In this document: positions 1 through 10,700 of the stretch, piece by piece
Position numbering within the stretch: the stretch's first letter is position 1
How the letters are laid out: every line of letters begins with the position of its first letter
Assembly (NCBI GenBank): GCA_024181965.1
Contig: BQXS01011151.1
Coordinates: 1-34,777 of the forward strand
DNA: 34,777 nucleotides
Direction of reading: 5' to 3'
Origin: Aduncisulcus paluster
Taxonomy: Eukaryota
The notes under the pieces: generated by a model
The model's input: the letters and a program-made list of their open reading frames with translations, nothing else
The model's database searches: none
Told to the model about the DNA's origin: nothing
Translations under genes and position numbers: made by a program

Positions 1-1830
1 GGGATACTCCTGAGTCTTCGAAATCTCAGGGGATTTTTGGAACTATCATTCTCGAAGAAGAAGAGGTTTATGCTTCGCCATCTTCATCAACAAGGTCGTC
101 ACCGATTCTCGTGCCAGATGAGGATGAGAGGAGGGTCTGTAATGACTTAGAAAATAATCGAACTGAGACTGGGCATTTACTGTTTGCAACGCAGGACAAA
201 ACATATTCCTCATACATAACTGCCATCGTTCACCATCGACATTTTCCTTCCATGAATCCTAAGATCATGTCTGAAGAACTAACATTACCACCTTTGAGAC
301 GAGTCATACTGTTCAAAATGCTCGATTTTATCCATCATTATCATGAAAACAAAGGTGATTCGGATGATTCTTCTTCTTGTGACATTTTGGTGACGGAGCC
401 CAAACTGGAGAACTGGATGGCCTCTTTTTTGAAATCGACGAAAGAAATTTCAGCATTTTCCAACGTTAAGAAAACTGAACAGGAACATTATTTTTATTTG
501 CAGACAGATAGCTCATCGTGTGTTGACCCTTCATCAAAAATGGGGATATTTCTTTCTCAATTTCCTCATTTAGCTTTGCCAATATTTGCCTTTTTGTCCA
601 GCATTTTCAGTCAAGAATTCATGAATAATGTTATCCTTTCGTTACGGTCAGAATTTCAGTTTTTTTGGGATGATAGAATTCCAATATTTTGGTCCAAGTC
701 GAGTGAAACAGAGAAAAAGATGGAACATGATGAAAGTGAAAGGATATCGACTGATTCGAAGAGAATGGAGGAAAAGATGGAACAAACTCCCATTAAATTG
801 GGTCATAAACGTCAAGAAAGTTCTTCTTCTATTCTATTGACATCGGACTCTGTGAGGAAATTTTTTTCAGAATCCGATTTTTCTCCATTATCGAGTGTTT
901 TTAATAATCTTACCGAACACCGTCGAACGAAATTATTTGACGAAAGAAGAAGAAGAAGAAGAAGAAGAACAGGTTTTGTCGACTAATCTTGTGATGAAGT
1001 CTTTGGAATGGGGTTTATCTCTCCCATCTTGCTCAATAATACATTCATACTTGACTCCTATCATTGTGACCTTTTTGAATTCTTCTCGTTATATTCCAAA
1101 CTATGTCATCGATAATAGGATTAATCTGTCGGTTGTGAAATCTGAGCATAATTATTTCCATTTTTTTGAGATGTTTCAGTGTTTATTTGATTGTTATTCG
1201 GGGGATGATAGCAAAAAAAGTATTATTCCTCCCCTATCACAAAGTAGAGGAGATTTCTATTGTCGGACACCTTTGGAGTCCATTTCTTTGTATGATTCTC
1301 AATGTATGGATGCTGAGGAGGAGGATATTGCTGACTCGGATGGAGGATATAGTGTTGAAATAATAGCGAAAATTATTGACTGGATTAAGGAGGTCGTTAT
1401 GATCAGGAAAGACGATTTAGGTTCTTATCGACCATTTGCAATAATCATTCTTTCTACCATCATCAACAAGTTATTCTCACAATATATAAATAGGATCACA
1501 TCTCAGGAAGAAGCTTCTCAAACAAAGATACCACTCGTTCAGGGTGTTTTCCAAAAGATTCAGAAGTATGTTCTTGGTTGTCTTATGACGGACGATTCAA
1601 TTGTGGATAAAAGACAGGACGAAGGTCGAGAAATGCATATTCATATCCCTAAGGTATGTGATAACATATATAAAATATATTCAAAGTCAGATCTGAAACA
1701 ATTTGCAGAGGAGTTCTCTTATTCTTCTGATGAAAGCAAGGGAACTAACAACGTCGTGGTTGCTCTATTTGCTTGGATTTTGTATATGAAGATACCATAC
1801 AAAATAATTTGTGATGGCGCTGACGAGTAG
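1..1830 (+). CDS. 3' part of a large hypothetical protein, 5'-truncated by the window edge, with an apparent +1 frameshift at ~944
   Basis: The frame of ORF 111..986 is open back to base 3 (DTPESSKSQGIFG...). At 942-969 GAA A GAA GAA... it reads poly-Arg and stops at 986, while the +1 frame (895..1830) reads poly-Glu and continues 290 codons. Removing one A fuses the two. No recognisable domain. Confidence 0.7.
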
Positions 1831-2304
1831 TTTTTCATTATTGGTCCGAGGCGGCGGGAAATTATTGGATAGTTGATGGCATCGATTTTTTATTTATGAT
1901 TTGAATTTGGATCATTTCAACATTTCTCGGATATTTTGCATCAAACTCATTGAGCTTATGAATGAGGAACAATATTGGCAAGAATGTTTTGGCATTCTCT
2001 TGTTTGTTGTTTCTTGTTCCAACGATGTCTGAACTTCTTCGACAACTTGAATAAAACTTCGAATACCATCATCAACGTTGTCAAAATCCGTTCGAGTGTT
2101 TCTGAAACATAAAAAAATATTTTCGCCACAAAAATAATAATAAATTCCAATTTTATGCAACTTTTCTCCTTCTTTTCCTTGTGAATCCTTGGAATGTTCA
2201 AAATCGGATTTTGTCTTCACTTACAATCTGTATGTCAAAGGAAATAATATTTCTTCTTATTAATTCTCTGTCTGCACTGGGTTGATTTATTTTTGATTTA
2301 GATA

Positions 2305-3579
2305 ATGTCCACAAATCTTGAAAAACTTTCCAGAACTGCTCCAACAAATATTTCATCTTCTGATGGACGTTATCAGGTTCTTGTTCCTAAAATTGACTTT
2401 AAAAAGGATGTATATTTTTTCCTTGTTAATGAACATAAGATGTTGGCTCTCGATTCTCCAATTGTCTTCTCCCAGCTTATGTCTGGTAGTTTCACATGCA
2501 ATAATGAGTTTTTTGTAATGTGTGTGGAGGATGAAAAGGGTATATTCTATATTTGTTCTTTTAACTTAATTACAGGGCATTCTAGACTCATCACTGAAAT
2601 CTCACATGTTGCTTTTGTTGCTGCTTCATCTACAATCTGTGATGAACATCCAGGATTTGCTTATTACGAAGATACTGGATCTCAAATTAAGATTTTTGAT
2701 CTTGAACGCCGTTCTACCCAGAAACCTATCAATGTTTCTTATGAAATCAATTCTATTGCTGTTGATTCTCGTGATAACATCATTGTTTCAACTATTCCAA
2801 AGGGTAGTTCTGGCTATCTTTATGTTTTTAAGGCAAATGGTTCAAAACGCAAAACTATCGAGTGTTGTGTCTCTTCATCAAGCCCTATTTCCGTCAATTA
2901 TAAGCGTAATATGTTTGCTTATTCCTCCCGTGACAGTTCTATGACCTATATTGTCTCTTCTGATATGAATCCAATCGCTCAAGTTGAAGGGATGTTGGGT
3001 GGGTTTTCCTCCTGTGGTAAATACTTATGGACAAGCAGTCAGGAGCATGAATGCCCCGTTGTGTTTAGTGTAAGTGATGATTCCACCTGGAGAATGTGTA
3101 AGATATGCGAGGATGGTAATCCTACATCTTGCTCTCTGATTGGCGGTCGATTGGGTTACTATCACACTTCTCAATGTCCTGTTTTCTTCAATATGGACCC
3201 AGAAGATGAAGAATTAGAGGAAGAACTTATCGAAATACCTCCAGAAAGTGTCTTTTACCCTCTATGTTCCGAGGCCAACCTGTACTTGCTTTATTTCTGG
3301 GATGAGGGCATGTACAAGGCTCCTATTGTTGCTGAAATTTCAGCTGATACATGCAAACTCGAACAGACTATGCTTATTGAGGATGCTATTCCCCTGTTGG
3401 TGACTGAGGACACATCTCGTTCTGAGGACTCTACGAGAGAAGATTCCGACTCTCCACAAAGGGATGGGGCTCCAATGGAAGAAGTGGAGGAAAGTTCATA
3501 TGGTAGTCAAATTGTTGCCCCTAATAAGTCTCTTCCTCCAAAGGAAACAAAGGATGGTTGTTCTTGTTTTATTGTGTGA
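2305..3579 (+). CDS. 424 aa beta-strand-rich (probable beta-propeller) protein with C-terminal CaaX motif (GCSCFIV)
   Basis: Long ORF with ATAATG start context. Repeated short hydrophobic strand/turn patterns (IKIFDL, INSIAVDSRDNIIVS, YLYVFK). Acidic low-complexity linker, then C-S-C-F-I-V-stop. The fold call is inference. Confidence 0.75.
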   Translation: MSTNLEKLSRTAPTNISSSDGRYQVLVPKIDFKKDVYFFLVNEHKMLALDSPIVFSQLMSGSFTCNNEFFVMCVEDEKGIFYICSFNLITGHSRLITEISHVAFVAASSTICDEHPGFAYYEDTGSQIKIFDLERRSTQKPINVSYEINSIAVDSRDNIIVSTIPKGSSGYLYVFKANGSKRKTIECCVSSSSPISVNYKRNMFAYSSRDSSMTYIVSSDMNPIAQVEGMLGGFSSCGKYLWTSSQEHECPVVFSVSDDSTWRMCKICEDGNPTSCSLIGGRLGYYHTSQCPVFFNMDPEDEELEEELIEIPPESVFYPLCSEANLYLLYFWDEGMYKAPIVAEISADTCKLEQTMLIEDAIPLLVTEDTSRSEDSTREDSDSPQRDGAPMEEVEESSYGSQIVAPNKSLPPKETKDGCSCFIV

Positions 3580-3906
3580 TTGTCTCTATCTTCTATTGTA
3601 AGTTTTACGGATTATACGATTGTATACATGTCATTATTNNNNNNNNNNNNNNNNNNNNCCCCTGTTGGTGACTGAGGACACATCTCGTTCTGAGGACTCT
3701 ACGAGAGAAGATTCCGACTCTCCACAAAGGGATGGGGCTCCAATGGAAGAAGTGGAGGAAAGTTCATATGGTAGTCAAATTGTTGCCCCTAATAAGTCTC
3801 TTCCTCCCAAGGAAACAAAGGATGGTTGTTCTTGTTTTATTGTGTGATTGTCTCTATCTTCTATTGTAAGTTTTACGGATTATACGATTGTATACATGTC
3901 ATTATT
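3391..3906. repeat. Gap-flanking duplication 3391..3638 / 3659..3906 around 20 N (assembly artefact)
   Basis: 248 bp on each side of N20 (3639-3658), identical except A3540 vs C3808 at a C/A homopolymer boundary. Confidence 0.9.
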
Positions 3907-4106
3907 TAAAAATTATGAGTATTTACTCCCAAATATTCAAAGTAAAGTGGGATTTCAGCTTTTGCACTAATATGGTTAATAAATTATTATTATTGTTTGA
4001 GATAAATTTTATTTGCAAAAAAAGCAATGAAATTTATGAGAAATTGCTGATAAAAATATCATAGTCTCAAACGAATTAAAAAAAATTTATAGGTTATTTA
4101 TTAGTC

Positions 4107-4577
4107 TTAGAAAAGACCACCGAAACCTCCCTCAGAAGAAGATTCTTCTTCCTCTTCTTCTTCATCAGCGGGGGCATCCTCCTTAGTCTCCTCAGCGGCA
4201 CCACCAGCAGCAGCTCCACCAGCAGAGGCACCAACTAAAATAAAAATCACAATAATGACATGAAAAATACAATTTAAAAACAAAAGTACAGAATATTCAA
4301 GAAAAAAAAGGCAAAGAATAAGTTATAACGAAGGAATGAGAAAAGATGTGAAGAAAGAGAATCTAATCATAAACATACCGGCACATTGAGAAGAAACAAG
4401 CTCAGCCATGTCTTGGGAAGAGAAGAATTGAGCGAAAAGCTTAGGCCAGTAGGAAGCAACCTCAATACCGAAAGCTCCCAAAACGTTAGAGATGTTCTCG
4501 TGGGAAACCTCCATACCAGCATCATGAAGGAGGAGAGCAGAGTACACACAAGCTAATTCGTCGGTAGTGGAGGACAT
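4107..4577 (-). CDS. RPLP1: 60S acidic ribosomal protein P1; exons 4577..4379 and 4234..4107, intron 4378..4235 (144 nt)
   Basis: MSSTTDELACVYSALLLHDAGMEVS...YWPKLFA is the P1 N-terminus. Splicing GTATGT...TTTTAG (phase 1) gives VGASAGGAAAGG...EEEEEEESSSEGGFGGLF*, the Ala/Gly hinge, acidic tract and GLF tail of P proteins. 108 aa. Confidence 0.95.
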
Positions 4578-5185
4578 ATTCGGACCAATGATCTCAAATA
4601 ACAACGATCAAACAAAACCAAAAGAATTTCTAAAAATAGACTGAGAAGTACAATCGCTCACACATGAATAGTTCAATCCATACAAAATTATATATATGGG
4701 ATTATCTTAAAACAGTATTTGAAGGAGTTTTACTGGAATATTTTGAATCAAATCTCTCTAGATCGAAGTGAGCCTTCCATAATGAAACATAGTAGGTTCA
4801 CATAATATTAACAAGATGAAATAGCAAATAATAAGAATATATAGATTAATTATTCCACTTAAATTAATGTATTTACAAAATCTTGGAAGATACATTCACT
4901 TGATGATAGGATATAACAAAAATTGATGTTCCTATTTAACTCTGAATAAATTACGATAAGTTATAAAAATAACGACGTTGTTCGTAAAAATAACATTCTT
5001 TACCGCACAGAATGAAAAAAAAATTCCACCAAAAAATTATGAATAAATTTCTGGAAATAAAGTCAATTTTTCGCCTTTAATGGTTTGAAAACACAATAAT
5101 TTGCTTTTCAAATATCTGATTTTATTTAAAAATCTTTATTGCCGAATTTTTTGATATTTGCTTGACATTCAAAAATATATTTCAC

Positions 5186-5908
5186 ATGAGTGAGTCCATT
5201 TATGATTTAGTTCAAAAGCCGGAGGTTGTTCCTCCCAAAGGTCGTCTATATAAAAGCATTCATCCTGGAAAGGTCACACACAAGACAACAAGGAGTCATG
5301 CTGTGTTTGGACCTGCCAAAGGGGTGAAAATTGATCCCAAAGAGTTTACTAAAAAACATTCAGGTCATAAACCGCTCCCAACACCAAAGAAGTTTTCCTA
5401 CAAAGACCAAGAAACCAGAAAACCTCGTCCCCCCACTCTAAGAGATGAACCCCCTGTCCAATTACAAAGTTCCAAGAATTTCATTAAAGAAAATATTATT
5501 ACTACAACGACAATGAAGCCAAAACCAAGGACTATTGCTGTTGGGTCTACCGAAGATTTTATTTATTGGACTGAAAAGAGAGATTTCGGAAAAGTTCCAA
5601 AATATTTAGACAGCGTTAAGTCTCAGGTGGCTAAAGAATATGAAATAATTGATTCAGTACGTCGTGAACAGATGATGGAAATGTCTCGTGAACCTACTCT
5701 TCGCAAATTAACAGAGGAAGAATTAGAGGCCCTCAGAGAAGGATTGAAAGCAAATTGGGAGAGTCTCTACTATGAATTTATGTCTGGAAAACTTTATGTT
5801 GATGTAAAAACTCATGTCGATAGAAAGTCTTTCGTCGAAAGGAAAATGGCAGAAATCGAAAAAGATTTAGCAAAATTAGAGAAAGATGAGGTCTATGTTA
5901 AAATATAG
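5186..5908 (+). CDS. ENKUR: Enkurin (flagellar microtubule inner protein)
   Basis: ATG at 5186 (MSESIYDLV). Motifs KNFIKENI, DFGKVPKYL, LTEEELEALREGLKANWESL, RKSFVERKMAEIEKDLAKLEK match the enkurin family. Confidence 0.9.
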   Translation: MSESIYDLVQKPEVVPPKGRLYKSIHPGKVTHKTTRSHAVFGPAKGVKIDPKEFTKKHSGHKPLPTPKKFSYKDQETRKPRPPTLRDEPPVQLQSSKNFIKENIITTTTMKPKPRTIAVGSTEDFIYWTEKRDFGKVPKYLDSVKSQVAKEYEIIDSVRREQMMEMSREPTLRKLTEEELEALREGLKANWESLYYEFMSGKLYVDVKTHVDRKSFVERKMAEIEKDLAKLEKDEVYVKI

Positions 5909-6110
5909 AATTGTTAATAGTGTAGAGTAAATCATTGCAAGTCTTTTGTCCATTATTGATATTCTTTCTCATTCAATACATAACGAAAAGAATATAACGG
6001 TTTCTTGAAATATCTCTATTTCTTTCTGCATTGAATCAAAATTTAGCTCCATGCAAACATGTGATTTTACAGATACTGAAAAAAGCGTTTTGGCTTGAGT
6101 AACAAAATAG

Positions 6111-7598
6111 ATGTCAGACGAATACCCTTTTATTCCAAAAGAACCAGAGGATGTGTGTGTTTCTATTGAATATACACCGGAATGTATGTAAGATTTTGAT
6201 TGTTCTTTTCTACATATTGTTCTTTTCGCTCATTTTAGATAAATTTAAGATAAAAGTGCTATAAATCACATTAATAGATTGGTACATGAGCAGATATACA
6301 CTGAGGAAACAATGAAAGCGACATTGGATGTTATGGAAATGAATCCGGCTCATTATGCCGTTTATGAACTTCGAAGAAAAACTATAGATGTCATATCTTA
6401 TGATTTAAATGCAGAACTTGAGTTTACTCATCAATTTATCCTTAAATCTATTAAAGTTTTCCAACTGTGGAATCATCTGGAAGAAATCATCTCTAAGTAT
6501 CGTGACTCCATTCTCAAATCTGAAATATCGGAGGAAGAGAAAGCTAAAACATTGAAAACCCTTGCCATTGGTGAAATTGCCTTTTCCACAAGTGTTCTAG
6601 ATGTTGATTCTAAGAATTATCATTGTTGGACCTATCGTCAATTTATTATCCGTACTTTTGACATATATGAAGGGGAGCTTGCATTTTCTCAATCCCTTAT
6701 TGTGAAGGACCGTCTTAATAACTCTGCCTGGAGTTATCGGATGTGGGTCATTGATTATTGGTTTTCAAGATACTCAACCGACCCAAAATTCCTGAAACTC
6801 CCGAGTGACATGGCTAAACCTGCTTTTGTTGAGTCTATTACTGAATATTCTCCACCTTATGCATATGAAGGGGGAAAGAAAGACGAAGGAAAGAAAGACG
6901 AGGAAGATGAGACCAGTGATGATGTTGAAATCAAACGCAGTAAGGCCCCTAAAGTTGCCGATATGGTTGGCAGTTGGGTTGATGTTGATGAAGTTTCAAA
7001 TATTTCAGAGGGATTCCTTTGTGATGGACGCTTTGTTCCAAATCGGATGTTGGAAAGTGAGAAAGAAGAAGAGAAAGGGGGTATTGAATCATCTGAAGGA
7101 GAACATGGCAAGAAGATATCGTCTTTTACATCCGCCCCTATTATATCTCTATTACTCTCCTCAGAACTTTATTTTGCAACTCAATGGTTGAAACTGACAG
7201 CTTCTAATGAAAGTGGATGGAATTATTTGAAAGGATTGTTGATCCCATTACGTTCTGATTCAAAACCCACTCACAATCGACTTAGTTTATGGGGAAAGGA
7301 TGAAAGAAGAACAATAATTAAGTTTTCTATTGGCAAAAAGAAAGATTATTTCTGTCAATTGATCCCTCAATCACTAGTAGAATTGTTAGAAATACAATGT
7401 GATATAGAGAAAGCTTTCTTGCAGCCTTATCCAATTGCTCTGTTTGCAGAGTATGTTATTGAAAAAGTAGAAGGAATTGATGATAAAAAATTAAAACAAT
7501 TCTGTACTTTGTGTGATAAACTTGCTTTCGAGTTCGACACTGTTAAAGCAAAATATTGGGTGTGGATGAAAACTCTTGCGATCAAATCTTCAAAATAG
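6111..7598 (+). CDS. FNTA: Protein farnesyltransferase/geranylgeranyltransferase-I alpha subunit; exons 6111..6183 and 6250..7598
   Basis: PPTA repeats NPAHYAVYELRR, KVFQLWNH, DSKNYHCWTYRQF, NNSAWSYR, NESGWNYLKG, and C-terminal DTVKAKYW. Upstream exon MSDEYPFIPKEPEDVCVSIEYTPE is joined by a GTATGT...TTAAG intron (6184..6249), giving IEYTPEYKSAINHINRL. Confidence 0.88.
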
Positions 7599-7715
7599 AT
7601 TTTCTTTTGTGCAATAAATCCCTTTTTTATCTTTGTAATATCATATTTTGAAATTTTTCACAACTTTATTCGATTTCTCTGCAATCACACATATTTATTT
7701 ATTAATTTATACATT

Positions 7716-10700
7716 ATGAATGATAAAAGTGTATGTATTTTGAATATATTCCATTTATTTTGCTAATTTACGTGTAATTAACTCTAATTGTTGTTTTCTT
7801 CTCAGAAGTCGAGTGAAAATGGGTTGTCGTCCAAAAGAGAGCTTCTTGACCAATTAAGTTTTTCATCAGAAGAATATCATGTTGCTCCATCGTGGTTTAG
7901 ACCTGGAATTTTTATGTATCCTTTCTTAGCTGGTGCTCCTCTAAAAGGTAAAGGAGCAGGGTTGAAATTGGATCTTCCATACACAATTTTAATACAGTTG
8001 AATCCCGCTGATTTTTTACTCAATCATGATCTCACCAGTTTATGTCTCCCAGATGCCTTGATTGATTCAGTGATATATAAGACCGATTCATGTGATGAAA
8101 TCACCAGAACCGGTGGAGACATTCGAGGAATGTGGATATTTACGGCTCCAGATGGATCTGTTGCCCGATTGGATCGATTTTCTCTGGATGATGTTGTTTC
8201 TCACTTATCTGAGGAAGCAAGCCGGCAAGCAAAGTCGAAAGGGATTGATCACACAATTATTAATCAAAATAATCATGTGGTTGCTGTTTTAAAGTGGCCT
8301 GATCCTGATTCACGATATTTGAAATCCACAGGAGGTGGAGTGTTTTTTAAGGGTCCTGTGAAACGATGTGACATCCAAAAGCGCAAAGATGAGCGTGAGA
8401 AGGAGCATCGCAAAGAGGTCCTTCGTGAACGTGAGAGAGATCAAGAATTATCTTATAAAACAATGGCTGCTAAACAAGCCAATCCTCAATACTCCTCGGC
8501 ATCATCTTTTTCTCTTGATGATCTCGAAGAGGAAGAATCTCGTGTAACGTGTGGTCCTGGAACAGCCAATTGGCCTTCATATTGTAACCGAATCCGTCTA
8601 CTTACTGTCAAAGACGTGAGTGAGATTTGTGAATATTTAGTATCGCTTCGTCTCTATAAAAATGAAGTCATTGATTGGATTCAAAAACATGATCGGGATG
8701 AGACGAAAGAACCAGTTCCCCCGACTCTTCCTGTTGTGTTCTATTGTCTCCCACAGCCTCCCAGAGAGCACTCTCTTGCAGGAGGTTATTCGTGGACATT
8801 TTGCATTCAATCTTTCGTGCGGAGTGCAGGTTACCAACCCTTTACAACTCGTGTGCAGCTCACAAAACGAAGTGGTCACGCCTCCTTCTCGAGTAAGCCA
8901 GAGTCTGGATCATCGTCTGTTAGTGATCAGGATACTGTGTGCCGTGGGTGGGCTTTAACTGGAAGATATAAGTATTCCTCGATTATTTCACACATTCCCC
9001 GTGCACAGAGTTACTTGACTCCTCCATCCTCAAGGTGGATGCTTGAGACAGACAAAGGAAAGTTCTCAAGGGCTGCTCATTTGGACTATTCTGCATCTTC
9101 TGGGGCCTCTCAGTCTTCTGCGGCCTCGATGTCTGGATATCCATCAAGTCATCCCGATTCTGCCGGCATTCTATCCAAGACTGGAAAGAGATCTATACGG
9201 GAGTGTGGAGAAGCCATGCGTCAGAAAGAGCGAGAGGCGGAGAAAGAAAAGGAAAGGGAACAAAAGAAGAAAGTTCGTGAAGAGCACAAAGCTTCTGCTC
9301 GGATAGCAAAGGGGTTCGATGGAGAGGAAGTCATGGAGCGTGTAAAGACTCTTTCAACTTCTAAACCATCCACTCCAATTTATAGACAACGCACTGATTC
9401 GATTAGCTCTATGTTTTCACAAGATTTCTCTCGGCCTGACTCTCAACAAAGTGAAGAGGAAATATCTTTGCCCAGGCATCTCGTTTCAATGGTCGGAAGG
9501 AAGAATGTTGATGCAAGATGGGCTTCGTTGCGTGTTTTCTTACCCAAAATATATGGATCCATGGTCCAGAAAAAACATTTGGGATCTATCGAGAAACGCG
9601 AGCAGGATCTTGTGATGCCTCATCCAAACTCTGAGATCCCTTTCATTGCCAAGCTCCAAAATCCAAGCCACATGGCTAAATTGAAGGATATTATGGAATC
9701 AATTACCTCTCATCTGACTGAGGTAGTTCCTTCTCTGCAGGTCCACGAGATTGTGTGTGATTTCACCTTGAATGCTGTGAATAACGAATGGACTCTGCTT
9801 CAGATCAAGGCTATCCGCTACACAAAGCAGTATCTTCGTGATATCTCGACCGCAGCCGGTCTTCTTGGCCGGGTTTGTGCCGTGTCAACGTCTGCCCTCA
9901 CCTCGAATAGCCTTCTCTCCCTTGCTCTGCTTGGAAAGATTGACAAGCCTCTTTCTGGTGCGGGGTGTTTGTTTGTGAGTGCATGTCGCAATGTCATGGG
10001 TCCTTTCGAACATATTGGCAAACTTCTTGGGGCTAACGATTCGATTGTTAAGTCTGCACAGCTATCAGTGAAAGGAAGCGCCCTTCCTGAGTTTGTCAGC
10101 AGTAAGGGTGTGAAAATCCAACCTGAAGCTGATCGGAGCCGGAGTCAGAGCATGAGACGGAAGAGTATACGCGACTCAAGGCGAGCTAGTATGCGGAAGG
10201 CTTCCCTGGATCAGAGGAGCTCGATATCTGCGACTCCCACAGTTGGTAAGAGTACTACTCCTGGAAAAGCTGTCGGTGTTATTGGGCCAGATTCCGACTC
10301 ACAAATTGGCAAAGAAAAGAGCAGGACTCTCCGTAGTGTGAATGAAGAGGATGAGTTTGGGATTGATGGAGATGTTGAGAATGTACGCTTATTTCCAGAG
10401 GATAAAGAGGATCAAAGGGGCAAGACCAGTGCAGGATCTATTCCTGGAACAATCGGTGTGGATGGAACAACCACTGTTGATGCTACCCCAATGTCTTACC
10501 ATGAACAAGATGAGTTTGCCATAAATACGGATGAAATGGCTATGGGAGAGATTGAAATGACGGAGGATGAAGAGGACGAAGAGGAAGACGAAGAAGCTGA
10601 ATGGGTTCTGTGTGGATTCTGTGGTAAGCCTACGAGCTCATGGAGTGGTTTGACACCCACCCAAGTGAAGCAACTAGAGATGAATCTTAAGAGAAGAGGG

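Noticed and set aside
1912-2224. Minus-strand ORFs of 102 and 81 aa with a possible GTAAGT...TTTCAG intron
   Set aside because: No upstream ATG exon, no recognisable motif, and several frames equally open. It could be a decayed fragment but cannot be supported.
3620-3847. Second short CaaX ORF, and apparent internal protein repeats at the other gaps
   Set aside because: Products of the gap-flanking duplications, not real genes or repeats.
4235-4378. Intronic snoRNA in RPLP1
   Set aside because: The intron is plain T-rich sequence without C/D or H/ACA architecture.
4901-4945. TGATGA...CTGA C/D box pair
   Set aside because: Only ~45 nt, too short for a C/D snoRNA, and I cannot identify an antisense guide.
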